Of a stretch of 64,000 nucleotides of DNA, positions 35,578 through 49,230 are shown one piece after another. Position numbers and translations under genes: made by a program. Every line of letters starts with the position of its first letter. The stretch's first letter is position 1. The DNA comes from the human T2T-CHM13v2.0 reference genome, Homo sapiens: the NCBI RefSeq assembly GCF_009914755.1, contig NC_060939.1. The stretch is one strand, 5' to 3'. Below the pieces are notes generated by a model. That model did not search any database. It was not told the origin of the DNA and saw nothing but the letters and a program-made list of their open reading frames with translations.

Positions 35578-37579
35578 TTTCTATCTGTATTCACATTCTA
35601 AGAAGTGTTGAAGCTTTGACTTAGTAGAAAATGATGATAGTTGTCAAGCCCCTTCAGAGAGTCTTGGGTAAAATTACTGATAAATCTGTTTCTGTTTCCC
35701 TGTAATTATGGTGCCATCATCGGGGAGAAAATCTCCTGAGGCTGCAGGGGAGATACTACAGGACCTTCCCATAGTTGTAGTTGACTCCCTGTGACTCTTT
35801 CATCCTGTAACACTTCATTTTCCTTTCTTACTCTCCACCAGAGCTCATGATTAATTTTGCTATTTTCTGCCAATCTTTTTCCCTAAAATTTGTTGTTTGA
35901 TTCCCTATCTCCACCGTCAAGGATTCTGGATACTGTTTGTTTCATCTTGGAATTGGGACATTTTTCTTTCCTCCCTTAGTCCCTTAATTATAGCATCTAA
36001 TTCCTTCTTTGGAATAACTTTACCTAGACTAATTCATTGAAGAGCAATGCAAATGGCTGTGCACTTTAGCCATCCCCAGTAGAAAGTGAAAATAACCACA
36101 TCTGGCTGTTGAATTCAAGAGGGACAAATATGAGTCTCAGGAGGGGTGAGTGTAGGAGAGGGTTAAAATGGAAGCATATCTGAATCCCCCTGGCTGGCAA
36201 TTGCTCTGAATCCTTGTAGTTGAAAGAGCTACAAAATAGGGATTCAACAGCATGGGAAATTGAGAAATTTTCTAGAGAAAAAAAAAAAAAAGTCCCTTTA
36301 GCTTGGCAATTGTTAACAATTTACTTTGGTAGTTCTGATTATAATTATGAGTAAAAATTCATGAAATAGCTCTTTCAAAACTTGGGAGTGAGGATGAGAA
36401 TTTTTTTTGTTTCACTGAGTGACTGATATTAGACATTCAAATCACTCTTCTCCACATTCATTATGTGGGGTTTGAATAGATTCACATAATCCTAACCTGC
36501 TGTGGTCTTCACTTGCTAATCTATTCCAACACCAGTGGAATATTAATGACGATGAAGCCATACACTTTCCATAACCTCTCTATTTGTACTGTGACAAAAT
36601 TAAGTACAGTCTGCATTTAATTACCCAGCACTGGACTTCAGCAAGAAAGAATTCAATTTTGTAAAATAACAAATTTTGGGGTAATTGCATGCATAATCAA
36701 TTCATATTTTATCCATTCCATGGTGATCTTTAGGGCAGGTCATTATTTCGTCTCCTTATTTAAAGAGATGTTACACTTTTAAGGTCACTGTTCTGATAGC
36801 CTTAATTAACATCAAGAAAAATAAATTAAGACAGTTTTTTTTTCGGGGGGGGGGGGGGTGGGGGTGGTGGGGTTTGAGGTTGCCTTTTTGCATTTAGCAT
36901 TGAGGTCACATAGTTTTGAGGCCAAAGCAGGGTTTTCCCTGGATATCTTTCTTGGCTCACTTCTCTAGATGAAGTTTGCATTCTGGTAAAAGGTGGTGCA
37001 TTTTCTGTTTGTCAGAAAAATAATATTATAAAATGGTTTTATTATCCAGAGCTGAGACCAAAATGAGGGCTCAGATGACAAAGGACAACTTCTCTTTGAC
37101 CCCAGAATATACCTCTACAATAATAAGGTTACAGTAGCCATAGGGGAACCAGCTGGTTCCTCACAGGCATTTATCTGGTAGGGAAAATAAAGACAGAGAA
37201 ATTTTGCCTTTGGCTGTCACATATTGGTATAGTCTGATGTGGCTGATTTTTCCTCTAAATTACTATGTGAGTTTTAGCTGTAGCCCGCCGGGTGCAATAC
37301 TGTAGCATTAACCCCAGAATCTTTTCTTTTATTTACTTTTCATCATTCTTCATTCCTTCTTTCTCTAACTGCTCTCAAAATAGAGTACGCACACAGGATT
37401 CCTGTGAAGTCAGAGGAGGAACCTGAAGATAGTCTCTTTTTAGTGTGGTTCATTCTGATTCTGAGTCTCTTGAGTAGATGACCATTCCCAGTGCTCAAGC
37501 TGAGGAATTTTGTAAGACACAAAGCCTGTAAATCCTGGGAAGAGGGACAAGGGCCAGTGAGAAGCCAACCGGGGAACTG

Positions 37580-37863
37580 GAAACAGAGCTGGCTCTATGT
37601 CCGTCCCGATTTCCTAGGCCTGGTATTTTGGGAATTAGGAAAAGAGCTGGCTCTATGTTCATCCCGATTTCCTAGGCCTGGTATTTTGGGAATTAGGAAA
37701 AGAGCTGGCTCTATGTCCGTCCCGATTTCCTAGGCCTGTTTTGGGAATTAGAAACAGAGCTGGCTCTATGTCCGTCCCGATTTCCTAGGCCTGGTATTTT
37801 GGGAATTAGGAAAAGAGCTGGCTCTATGTTCATCCCGATTTCCTAGGCCTGGTATTTTGGGAA
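37580..37863. repeat. 58-bp minisatellite, about 5 copies
   Basis: agagctggctctatgt.c.tcccgatttcctaggcctggtattttgggaattaggaaa starting at 37585, 37643, 37701, 37756 and 37814. Confidence 0.95.
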
Positions 37864-39458
37864 ATGAGACCAGGAAAAATATCTAGAAATTGCCAATTCT
37901 ACCCAGTTAGGAAAATGAGAATTTTGGTATCTCCTTGCCTGTCCATCTCATCTGCCCCTGCCCCCACTTCAGTCTAAATAGCCTTGCTTTGATCTATACT
38001 GTGTGTGTGACTTGCGGGAAATGTTTTGTTTGAATAAAGTGCTCTGTATCTAAAAAAAAAAACTTGAAAACACTGAAGAGGTTTAAAATGCATCATTTTA
38101 CAGATGAGGAATCTGCAGCTCAGAAATGGTAGAGAACATTCTGGGAGTCACAGAGCTAAGAGGAAGGTGAGCTGGGAGTGGACATAGGCTCTCTTGGGTC
38201 CTACATTCAAGTGCCAGTTGCACACTTCCCCATCTCCAAATAGTCAGTCAACCTCAAGGTCATTGCAGGGGCAGCCAAAACCAGCTATATTTACAGTCAG
38301 AAGATAGGCAATTCACTTATTGTTTTTTGCCTTTGCATAGAGTACACAACTTGTCAAAAATAAACAGTAGGTACCATAAGACTTGGTATTGTCAGCTATT
38401 GGCCAGTTGTTTAGTTTCAAGGTTTATTGATTTAAATTCCTATAAAATTAGATTCAGCCCCCACCCTTGTCCACCCCTACCCTCCTCTAACTGCTAACCC
38501 TGTTCAAGAATGCAGTCTGTGTTCACAGCTGGCTACATTTTCCTCCTGTCCCCACCTTCCATGGTGTTAAGCAAGAAATGCAAAACACATGGATATTCAT
38601 GAATAATTCAAGTCCCTAGAGAAGGCCATTCGATCCCGACCCAACACTAACCCTCCCCATCAATCTGCATTTATAAAACTAACCCTGAGAAAGTCAAGCT
38701 CCTTCAGACTTGCGAATAGCAGGCAGTTCTGATTTGCAAGCCTAAGAGGTCCTCAAATAAAAAAAAAATCAATTCAAACCCAAAGTGACATTTCAGTTTT
38801 AATAAGTCAGCATTGTCTGGCCTGTATTATTTAATGGGCTATATTTATTGCGCCCTCTGAAGAGTTAAATCTCATGAACAGTGGGACAGAATGCTATCTA
38901 TTATAATTTCAATTTTCATGATTGGAAACACAGAATTTATTATTCTGCTGAAAGGAGGCTCTAAAATGATTTTCATTTCAGCTCATCTATCAGAAGGGAG
39001 TGTGCCTCCAAAGATGTTACAGACCTCATTTCAGTCTCATGACCCATTTGTTTAAGCATTTAGAACTGATACCCCAAAGCAACAAGACTGGGAGCCTTCT
39101 AACCAGCCCTGGTTTCCAGGTAGAAGGTGACACCCTCAGATATGCAAGGACTTAGCTTCTATCCGAAGACAAGAAGCTAAGAGCCTCAGTGAAACACCAA
39201 CTGTCTTAAGGAATCATTTTCTAGACTGGGAAGATTAGTATACAACAAGAAATACAGGTGTGAAGAGTTGTTTGCTTGAAAGCTGTGATTTGACATTCAC
39301 CACCACACTAAATCTCTTGGGCATTACATTTAAGGACACTGTAGTCACCGGAAAAACTCAAAATTCAAATTCAGCTTTGGGATTCAACTTATGTCTGCCC
39401 ACTTTGCAGGTTTCTTTTTTCCCAAAAACCCTATTAGTTGATTGATTGGATTATCTAA

Positions 39459-39829
<371 letters not shown>

Positions 39830-39898
39830 TAAGAGAAGATGAAACTTCTGCATAGATTCTTGTAAAACCTGAGTTGGGACATCTAATGACAAGTGAGA

Positions 39899-39968
39899 TC
39901 AGGGTTTGACAAACTATGGCCCACGGGTCAAATCCAGCCCCTCTCCTGATTTTGTCAGTAAAGCTTTA
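39899..39968. mobile_element. MER58-type hAT fragment
   Basis: cagggtttgacaaactatggcccacgggtcaaatccagccc. Confidence 0.6.
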
Positions 39969-40544
39969 TGTTGTATTATTGCTGACATATGAGGTGGGTT
40001 GCTGCCATTGGCCTGGTTTGCTGTTGGTATACCAGCAGCCTCTGGTACATTCCTTAATGTGACCAGCTTGTTAAACATCTTTTCTACCATGTGATTGTGG
40101 GAGAAACTATTTTAGAGCAGGCAGTATTTTCCTCAACTAGTACTCACTTTGGGAGAATGTCTTGCCTAAATTTAGACATTTTTTATTGCATTGAGAAAAT
40201 ATTTAAGAATATAAACAAAATCTTAGTTTTATTTCTGGGGGCTTAGGCCATTGAGTTATAACTACCTCTTTGTAGCTTTACTGTTATTTTCCAGCCCTTT
40301 TGTTGTCCTCACTCATGTATTGGGGAATTTGGCACCTGACTCAAAATCTTTCTTCCCTAGTCCCTGCCATGATAATTAACTGGGTAACTCCACAGCATGG
40401 TCTCTCATGTCTTTGACCTTCTGCATTGCACCTGTACCCCCATCATGCCTTGGCCCTCATCATCCACAGCTGTCTCACCTCCGTGGGCAACATTCAATGA
40501 GCCCGTGCTTGGCCCACAGCTCCCTTTGTCCCAGGTATCTTCTT

Positions 40545-40839
<295 letters not shown>

Positions 40840-41602
40840 GGTATCTTCTTCAGCCTCCTACACTACAGCCATTCTTTAGCTTCATCAGGAATCCCAGTCC
40901 TTGCATAGCTCTATTTTCTCCCAATTATTGAACCTTTGTATTTCTCATTTATCCCTTAGGAAGCTTATTTTTATTTATTTCTTCAACTTCTTTAACAAAA
41001 GACAATTTATTAAAATTTCTTTGGTCCTAAAGGCCCACCAAATTCCTATTTGTCCTTAATGTTCATATTCTGCCTCTTTAATCAATTGCTTTTGGATTTT
41101 TGGCACATTTTAAAGTAGTAGGGCATGACAAAAGAAATGATTTTTGAAAATTTCTCATTTTAGAAATGTCCCTTATAATTACTTACTTATGCTCCATGCT
41201 TTAAAGAAACCAGCTACATTTTGAGCATTCAGGATCTAACTAGTAATATTAAGTCAAGCATTCAGGATCTAAATAGTAATATTAAATTTTCTACAAATTT
41301 TCTCAGGTAAAATCTGGCTTGTATAATTACTATTTTGCTCAGAAATAATCACAGAAATGGAATTGCCCTTTTGATGTTGAAAATCTGAATCAAAAAACCT
41401 AAGCCAAGAAGGAAAATAAGTATAGTAGGATTCCTCCTAATCCCTTGAGTATGTTTATGCGTATTATTGGACTACTCTGCTCTTCATATTAACAGCAACG
41501 TGTCATTTGACATAACTATAGGGCATAACAATGAATATTTTTAAGAAATAAAGTCAGACCATATCCCATGCCTCTTAAGTTGGTAAACATATCAAAAAAT
41601 TT

Positions 41603-41877
41603 TGTATGTATTTATATGTGTGTATACATTTACACACACCCACATACACTGTGTATACACACACTGTATGTATAGATACTGTGTATATACACACATTCTA
41701 TATATACACTATATACACACACAGAAAGATCATTATATAATGTGTGCATATATAATATACATCTTATATGTATGTGTGTGTATATATATCAAATGACACT
41801 GTATATGTGTGTGTGTCTATATACATATTATATACACAGAGAGAGAGGGAGGGAGAGGAGAGAGAGGGAGAGAGAGA
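41603..41877. repeat. Compound (TG/TA/CA)n plus (GA)n microsatellite
   Basis: Visible directly in the sequence. Confidence 0.85.
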
Positions 41878-42499
41878 TTGAATCACTGGCTCTATACCCA
41901 AATGTATATGAATAGCAATTTTAATTTAGAACAATTAATCTTTTATTAATTGATATTTATTTTATTAACACAGTAGTTTTATGTTTTTATTGATTAAAAT
42001 AACATGTCACAAACTAGCAAAAATGGTTTCCTTTTATGTAATGATTTTTCCTTTTAATCTATTGTAAATAGCACGGAAACTGATTTAAAAGTTTTGACTT
42101 CATTCTCCATTTTTTTCCACCCATCTCCCATTTCAACAAACTTTAGACCTAAGGGAGAATTTAACCTTAAGAGTAGTTTAATGAGAAGAACCTTTCTGTG
42201 TTTACGTTTGAAATGTTTTGTGTTGAAAACTTGATATTAATTTTAGCAATAAAAAGTTAGATAATTCAGATTAACCATCTTACTGAGGGCAAGCAGAAAA
42301 GCTATATAATGCTTTAAAAAAAGTTTATTGGAAGGAATTGATAAACACTGACAAACATTGGCAGTGAGGGCCAGGACTTGGAGAAAGATGGAAGCCCAGA
42401 GAACTGAGCCTAGTATTTGGGACCTCTTTCAGAACTACAGCTAGGAGGTTCCTTGCTGTGGACAGTGGGTGGTGTGAAAGGATTTCATAAGATTAATAA

Positions 42500-43975
42500 C
42501 TGAGCTTAGCACATTTGCTAAATGAAAGGCCAATGTAGAAATTGCATTTCTATATTATAACAACAGAAAATGCAAAAATTTAAAAGATGCATTCTACATG
42601 TATCAAAAGATTATCTACCTTGGAGTAAATTGAACATACAGCCAACATCACTACACAGAAAACTATAAAACATTTCTGACAGAAATTAAAGAGTGATGAA
42701 CTTGCCAGGAAGTTCCAGGTTCTAATAGTCCCTAAACTAATTCTGGATAGTTGATGCTAGATCAATGCAATCCCACTCAAAATTTTATCAGATTTTATTT
42801 GGTTTTAGTGGCACTTGATAAGACAGTTCTTGCAAAGGGCTATGAATAGTCAAAGCTTAAAGGATAAAAACAAGTAGGGGGATTTGCTCTACCACTTATC
42901 AAAGGTCATTATAATTATATAGTAAATGAAACACTGAGATACCGATGCAATAATAGGAGGATAGACAAGTCAGCCAATGGTATATAAAAGAAATCCCAGG
43001 AATAGACCCATATGTATATGGACAAATGGTTCATAGTAAAGGTATCACTTTAGAACAGTGGAGAAAGGATCTTTTCAATAAATGCTGTCAAAGTAAGTGG
43101 ATGTTTATAAGAAAGAAATTTATCTCTATCTTAGGACATATACAACAATTAATTTCAGGTGGATCATAGGCATCCAAATGGCCAGCAAATACATAAAAAG
43201 TTTCTCAACTTCATTAGTTTTCAGGAAAATGCTTATTTAAAGTATAGGATGTCACTACACAGCTGCCAGAATGGTGAACATGCAAAAGATAGATAATACC
43301 ATATATTGGGCATGTGGAACAAGGAGAACTTTCAATCATTCATTGTCAGTAGGAGTTAAGTTGGTATTGAAAATGTTTTGGCAGTCTTTATTAAAGTTAA
43401 GATATGTAAATCCTATGACCTAGCAATTTTACTTTTAGATATGAACATAAATATATACCAAGGTACGCAAGAGAAACATGCAAGACTGCTTATTGAAACA
43501 TTATAAAAGCCCAATGTACAAATAACTCCAATGTTTATCAACAGTAGAGAGGTACATTTGGTTTATTTATGCATATAGTATATATACATACAATGTAACA
43601 CTACAGAGAAATGAAAATGAACAAAATACAGCATCATACAACATGGGTATATATCACGAACACATTTTTTATTGAAGAGTTCGGGTATAAAAGAATATAT
43701 ACTATATGAGCCCATTTATATGAAGTTCACGAAAACAGGGAATGGCATGCTTTGGGCAGTAAACTGGAAAGTTGCTAGTAAATGTTACTTTAAAAAGAAA
43801 ATATATTGGTTACTTTTGGAGGGCAGGGAGGGGCTGTTTACTGGGATTAAGTATATGGAGGCTTCAAGAATGTTGGTAATGTTCCATTTATTTCCTAATC
43901 TGTGTGGTGGTTTTAGAAATTATAGATCTGAACATTTTTGGGGTACTTTTCTGTATGTGTTGTTTCACCAGAGTA
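42500..43975 (+). mobile_element. Highly decayed L1M (L1ME/MC-grade) ORF2-3'UTR fragments
   Basis: tcaatgcaatcccactcaaaat, aatagacccatatgtatatgg, ctatgacctagcaattttactt motifs. Confidence 0.65.
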
Positions 43976-46900
43976 AAGGCATAAGAAATAAGTAAAGAAA
44001 GAAACTGATATTTTGTTATTGTTTCCACATAGGCAGACAAATGCCCTACCCAAGGATAGATCACTTCATTTTTCTTCAAGTAATAGTAACTTGTTGTTTG
44101 AATTAAATCTTTGAACAAATAATTGCTAAAAGAAACCTCTCTGAAAATGAAAGAACTGATTTCTGTGTTTCTACATTAGACTTATAATTTTATTAGATAT
44201 CGAATGGAATTTTAATCTGCTATGGGGAACCCACCAGAAAAATGTATTTTCACTGAGAATATACACCAAGCTCTCCATTTGCTGATTCTCAAGTTTACCT
44301 ATGATCCCATTTTTCATTGAAAAAATTTCTTCATAAACACTGGTGAAACCCAGAGCTTGGTAGATATTATTAACAGCAGTGTGAGGTTCACATCGGGGAT
44401 CAGTATTTTGTATTCAGAAAACCCATTATTTTTCTCCTCCCTTTTAGATGAAAGTATAACATTTTTCTCTATGTCAGTTTTTCTTGTGCCTATGTTTTGG
44501 CAGAGTTTAAAGTACACCCTTCATGTTAACTTGCATTCTCTGAGCACTGAGTGAGAAGGAAAGATTAGCTACGGCAGTGGTTGACAATGAGTTAATAAAC
44601 TTGTCTAGGATCTCTGAGTCAGTAACTGAGCTATACATGGAACTCAGCCTTGTGACCTGTAACTAACTTCAGCCACTTACAAATTTTACCCCAAGATTCA
44701 TAGTCTGTAAAAGAGTGTAGGCTGTCTGTTTGGAAGTGTATGAATGGGCTTTGGAGTCATATATCACCATCTTCACTGTTTGGCCTTAGGTGCAACATTC
44801 ACGTTTTCTGAAGTGTGATGACTGTATTCATACAATCTACACAATTCCGTCCACCTTGCAAGTTTTCATGCAGATGTTTGGCATGTAGTAAGGTAACTCA
44901 ATAAATGAAAAAGTATTATCCACACTGATATGTTCAAACCATTAATTTTATTGTCAAGGGACCAACACCCATGGAGGAGGGGAAACGTGTTCAAGATCAC
45001 GTAACAGAATTGGAATAAAACCTAGGTCTTCTGTCCCCCAGCTAGTTGTTCTTTCCACCCGCTTTCCAGATCGTAATCAGTCCTGGTCCAACAACTTAAA
45101 ATAGAGAAAAAGAAGGAAAGAAAGAAAAGCAGCTGCATTGCAGCCCACTTTTCTAAAATTTCCAGGCTAATTTTATAGATTTAATTGGAATGGCAAGGAC
45201 AAGATTTGTCTTAATAAGAGAACGAATTCATTAGGTTGTTAAGTACAACCTCGAGCAGGAGACAGCATGTGACAAATTACAGAAATAACAAGGCTCCGAA
45301 TGGCCGAGCACGTGCACCTGCAGCCGTCCCACCTGGGGCTGTAATTTCATTACCCTCATAAACCAAGGCAAGGTCAGGCTTAGTCAGACTTCGATTAAGA
45401 GGCCCCTAAGGAGATCCCAGGTGCAAAAGGAACTAGCATCGATGCAACGAGAGATGTGTGAGAACTTCTTTTTCCTGTCCTGAAGTGGACCTTGTTGGGG
45501 CCGTTAAATGATGAGGTTAGAGAACCAGGTGCAAGGAGCTGTCACATGGAGCAGTGGGCCAAAGCCAGAAAGCCTGGCTTAGATTTGTCTTCAGCCTTTG
45601 TTAGGAGTGGGAGTCGGGGAAGGTTTTCATAAACCACATGCGAACCTAACCTTGCAAGTTTGTTCAGGTGCAGCTGTTCCTCTTAGGGGGCAGGAAGAAT
45701 AAATCTGTTCCTTTATTTGCTGGTAAGTGGCCTGTCTTCTGTGAGCTGGTGCCAGTTGGATGAGAATGAAGCCAGCGTTCTTGAGCCTTGGGAATGGCAC
45801 AGTTGACCTGGCCACATTTCAGGTCTCCCAGTTAGATCTGCTTTCCTAAGTGGCTCCTGCAGTTTCAAATTTTCCTTCTCAGAGTTGAGCGTGCAAAGCA
45901 ATCCCTGGTTGTGGAATACCTTTTCCAGCACCACTTGGCAAGATGCCTTGGACTAGATTTGAAGCAGAGGTGGCATAAAATAGTTGGTGCCATGCCTTCC
46001 AAATGTATTCGGTGTAAGGTGTTCTTAGGGTTTCTTGAGAGACAGTGTGATTAATGCGGCCATGGCTGATTTAGTGGATAAATGTTCTGTGGCTTCTAGG
46101 CTATACACGTATCCTAGAAAAACCTGAGTTTTCCACGATGTTCAGAAATTACAATGGACATTTAGTGGGAACAAACAGGAGGTAGTTCTTGGCTGAGAAC
46201 AGAATCCAAATGCTAAGTCTGAATAAGCCATTATCTTATTGTGCCACATTAATCATTCACATAGCCCCCAGTACCTTAGGTCTAGAATATTTTAAGCAGC
46301 TTTATTCATCCCCTATTATGGGTAAGTTGTAAACTAAGGCTGGAATATGGCTTGACAGTAGCTTGATAGAGGAACACTGATGGAGGAGGTGATCCCCCTG
46401 GAGATTCCTGGAGTTGAAGGGAGTGAGGTCACATCAAGGGGTGGGGGTGGGGGGCGGGGGGTTACTGGGAATAACTACAGACTTGAAAATTCGGAAAATT
46501 TGTAAAATTTCTATGTAAAGAGCATCAAAGGCCAAAACTGGGAACACCACCTTTGTGTCTTCAAGTAGAAAAACCAAGTGTATGACAGAGAATGAGAGGG
46601 AGATCTAAGGGAGTCAGAAACTATGTAGATGCTGCAGTGAGGCAGGAAAGATGGGACAGACATGCACCAGAATCCTAAGATGTTTGCCTTTGTTGGAGCT
46701 GGAGTTCTTGTTCCTTTATCTTATTCTGTTTCATTTGACTTTTTATTTTTGGTTGTGGTTGGTTCCATGGTGCATGGATAGGCCCACTTTGAGTTCTTTA
46801 TTAACTTCCCTGCGATCTGTTTGGATTTTGTTGCTTTTGTTAGAATTACCCAGACAAATGATCCCAAAGCATACCTTGAGTCTCAGTTACTGATTGATTT

Positions 46901-47236
46901 GGCAAGGTCCAAAGCCTGTTTTTCAGATCTCAATTATCTAGCTGATTTATGTCCACAAATGCAAGTGCTGATTTTCACCAGCGCAGAATATTATAAAAGC
47001 AATATAAAATATGATTTTATAAAGGGGGTAACTGTGCCAGATACCTTTCTGGTCCCTGAATAAACTGTAAGGATGACAATTATATCTGCACTGATGTTGA
47101 CGTAATGGGGGAAGCGATTGGTTGAGCTTTCTTCAGATGAATGAATTTTCTCTAAGTATCTAGCAAGCAAATGTCAGACTCTGCTTGTTAAGTGATTGCC
47201 CCCTTCCCCAAATAAAAGTCTAATGAAGAAAGCTAG

Positions 47237-47460
47237 TGACCTGTAATCCCAGTGACTCAGGAGGCCTAGGTAGGAGGACTGCTTGAACTCAGGAGTTCTA
47301 GGCTGCAGTGAGCCATCATTTTGCCACTGCACTCCTCCTTCCTTCCCTTTTCCTTCCCCTTCCTCCTCTTCTCCTTCTTCTTGTTCCTTTGCCTCCTCTT
47401 CTTCCTTCTTCTTGTCTTCCTCCTCCTCCTTCTCCTTCTCCATCTCTCTCTCTGTCTCTC
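47237..47460 (+). repeat. Partial old Alu right arm fused to a ~125-bp pyrimidine-rich (CCT/CTT)n tract
   Basis: cctgtaatcccag...ggctgcagtgagcc...ccactgcactcc followed by a C/T tract. Confidence 0.8.
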
Positions 47461-48949
47461 ATAGCAAACTGGTATTAATTTAGCCATCAGTTCAAGAGGG
47501 AGAGTATTTATTGATGGCAAGAGGAACCTGAAGAATACATGTCTCTAGAAACTTCCTGTCACCTGGGCAATGTGAGGTACTGTGACAGCTAGAAAATAGA
47601 ATAATAGCAGTTGGGAGTCTATCACAGATCAGCTGCACCCTGGGTTATGCTCCTGAGCCCGTAGCAAACATTATGTAAGTATCTAGGAGAGTTCTTGGAG
47701 AAAGATGTGAGACTTGTTTAAAAAAACAAACAAACAAAAAACAGTCACTTTTGGAAAGCCCTTCATGGGAGAAGGAGGGGTTCTAAGCAGATTGATTGCT
47801 ATGACTGGGGTGATCTGAGCGGGGAAAACTGGGTCTTGACCAGCTGGATCTGGGCCACGGAAGATGCTGGGGGGCTAGAGGGGAATCTTGGTCTCGTGAG
47901 TACTTAGGTGGTCGGAGCAAGGTTAGAGCTTGTTGAGATCTTGAGGCGGGTGCTACCAGGTTGCCGGCAGTGTGGGAATTGCCATTTGCTTAGTGGGAGG
48001 AACTTGGATGTGTCAACCTTATTTAAAGCTTTGAAGTTAAGAGAGGTCTCTATTGCAGCTGAGTGATAATGTACAAGCCTTTTATTTTCTGGGTCTTTTT
48101 TTTCCCTCATTTATAAAAGGAGAAAACTAATACCTGCCCCATAGGATTGTATGAGACTTAGGTAAATTGATAAATGTAAAATTGTTGGGCTCAGCATCTG
48201 TCACTATCTGATAACCAGAATCAGTTTTTTTAGGTAGGAAATATTTACCAGTCTTTCATCTACACACTTATGTCCTGAAATATGCTATACTTTATTACAT
48301 CTTTTAAGATAGATACAGAAAAAATTTGCATTTTTCAGTCTTCAAGATTTCTTACGTAAACATATTTTCTTTTTAGTTTAATAATTTGATAAAATGATGC
48401 TAGGCAAATAATTTTCATGTCCTGCTTTTTCTCCATACCTATAAAGATACCAAGAACATTTCTTATAGGAGCAAACAGTTCTTCAGAGTATAACTTTTAA
48501 TGACAGAATAAGTATTTCTTTGAACTAACACTCTAGAGTTTATTCCAAATATTAAGTTACTTCTGATTCAAGAAGGTAATCAAGGTTCTAATCATTCATA
48601 TGAAATTCATTATAACTATTAAAAATCCCTGTAAGCACCTAGACAAAACCATCAATTCAATGTATGGCCTTAAACTCATCATTTCACAGAAATAAATCCA
48701 GAAGTCATGAATTAGCATTGTGTTAGTGAAGGCACATTTTATAACGAGTGCCTGTGTATGTATTTGCACATGTGTGTGCGTGTAAAAAAGAAGAAAAGGC
48801 AAAGCTGTGATTTGAGTGTCCTATCATTGGCAAGAGGTCAGGCCTGGCAGCTCCAAATTCCAGGTCTGCTTTGATATTTTAATTGTATATCAGGGACCCT
48901 TTAAGGAAGCCAGAAAAAGCCAAGTCATTCAAAATATAGCCTGGGGTGA

Positions 48950-49178
48950 GGTGTCAGACTGCTGGGGTTTCTATTCTGGATTCAGCACCGTCAAGCCTTG
49001 TTTGTACTTTTCTTAAGTTACTAACTTTTTTATGTTTTAGTTTCCTTCCCTACAAAATGGACATAATAATAATACTTATCTGTAGGAATACTGTGAAGAT
49101 TAAACAAGGTAACATATGTAAAGTGCTTAGTGCTTGGTGTGTGCTAATTTTGAAGTAAATGTTGGCAATTATTATTAG
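48950..49178 (+). mobile_element. MIR SINE
   Basis: agttactaac...tagtttccttccctacaaaatgg..ataataat...gtgaagattaaa...tatgtaaagtgcttag. Confidence 0.7.
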
Positions 49179-49230
49179 TTAAGATTCTGATGCAAAGTGT
49201 GGAAACTCAGCCCATGAAAACACAAATATT

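Noticed and set aside
37580-37863. CRISPR-like array of partly palindromic repeats
   Set aside because: Units are head-to-tail with no unique spacers, there are no cas genes, and the DNA is primate; it is a minisatellite
47174-47520. E/K/R-rich ORFs
   Set aside because: They are translations of the (CCT/CTT)n tract plus antisense Alu sequence
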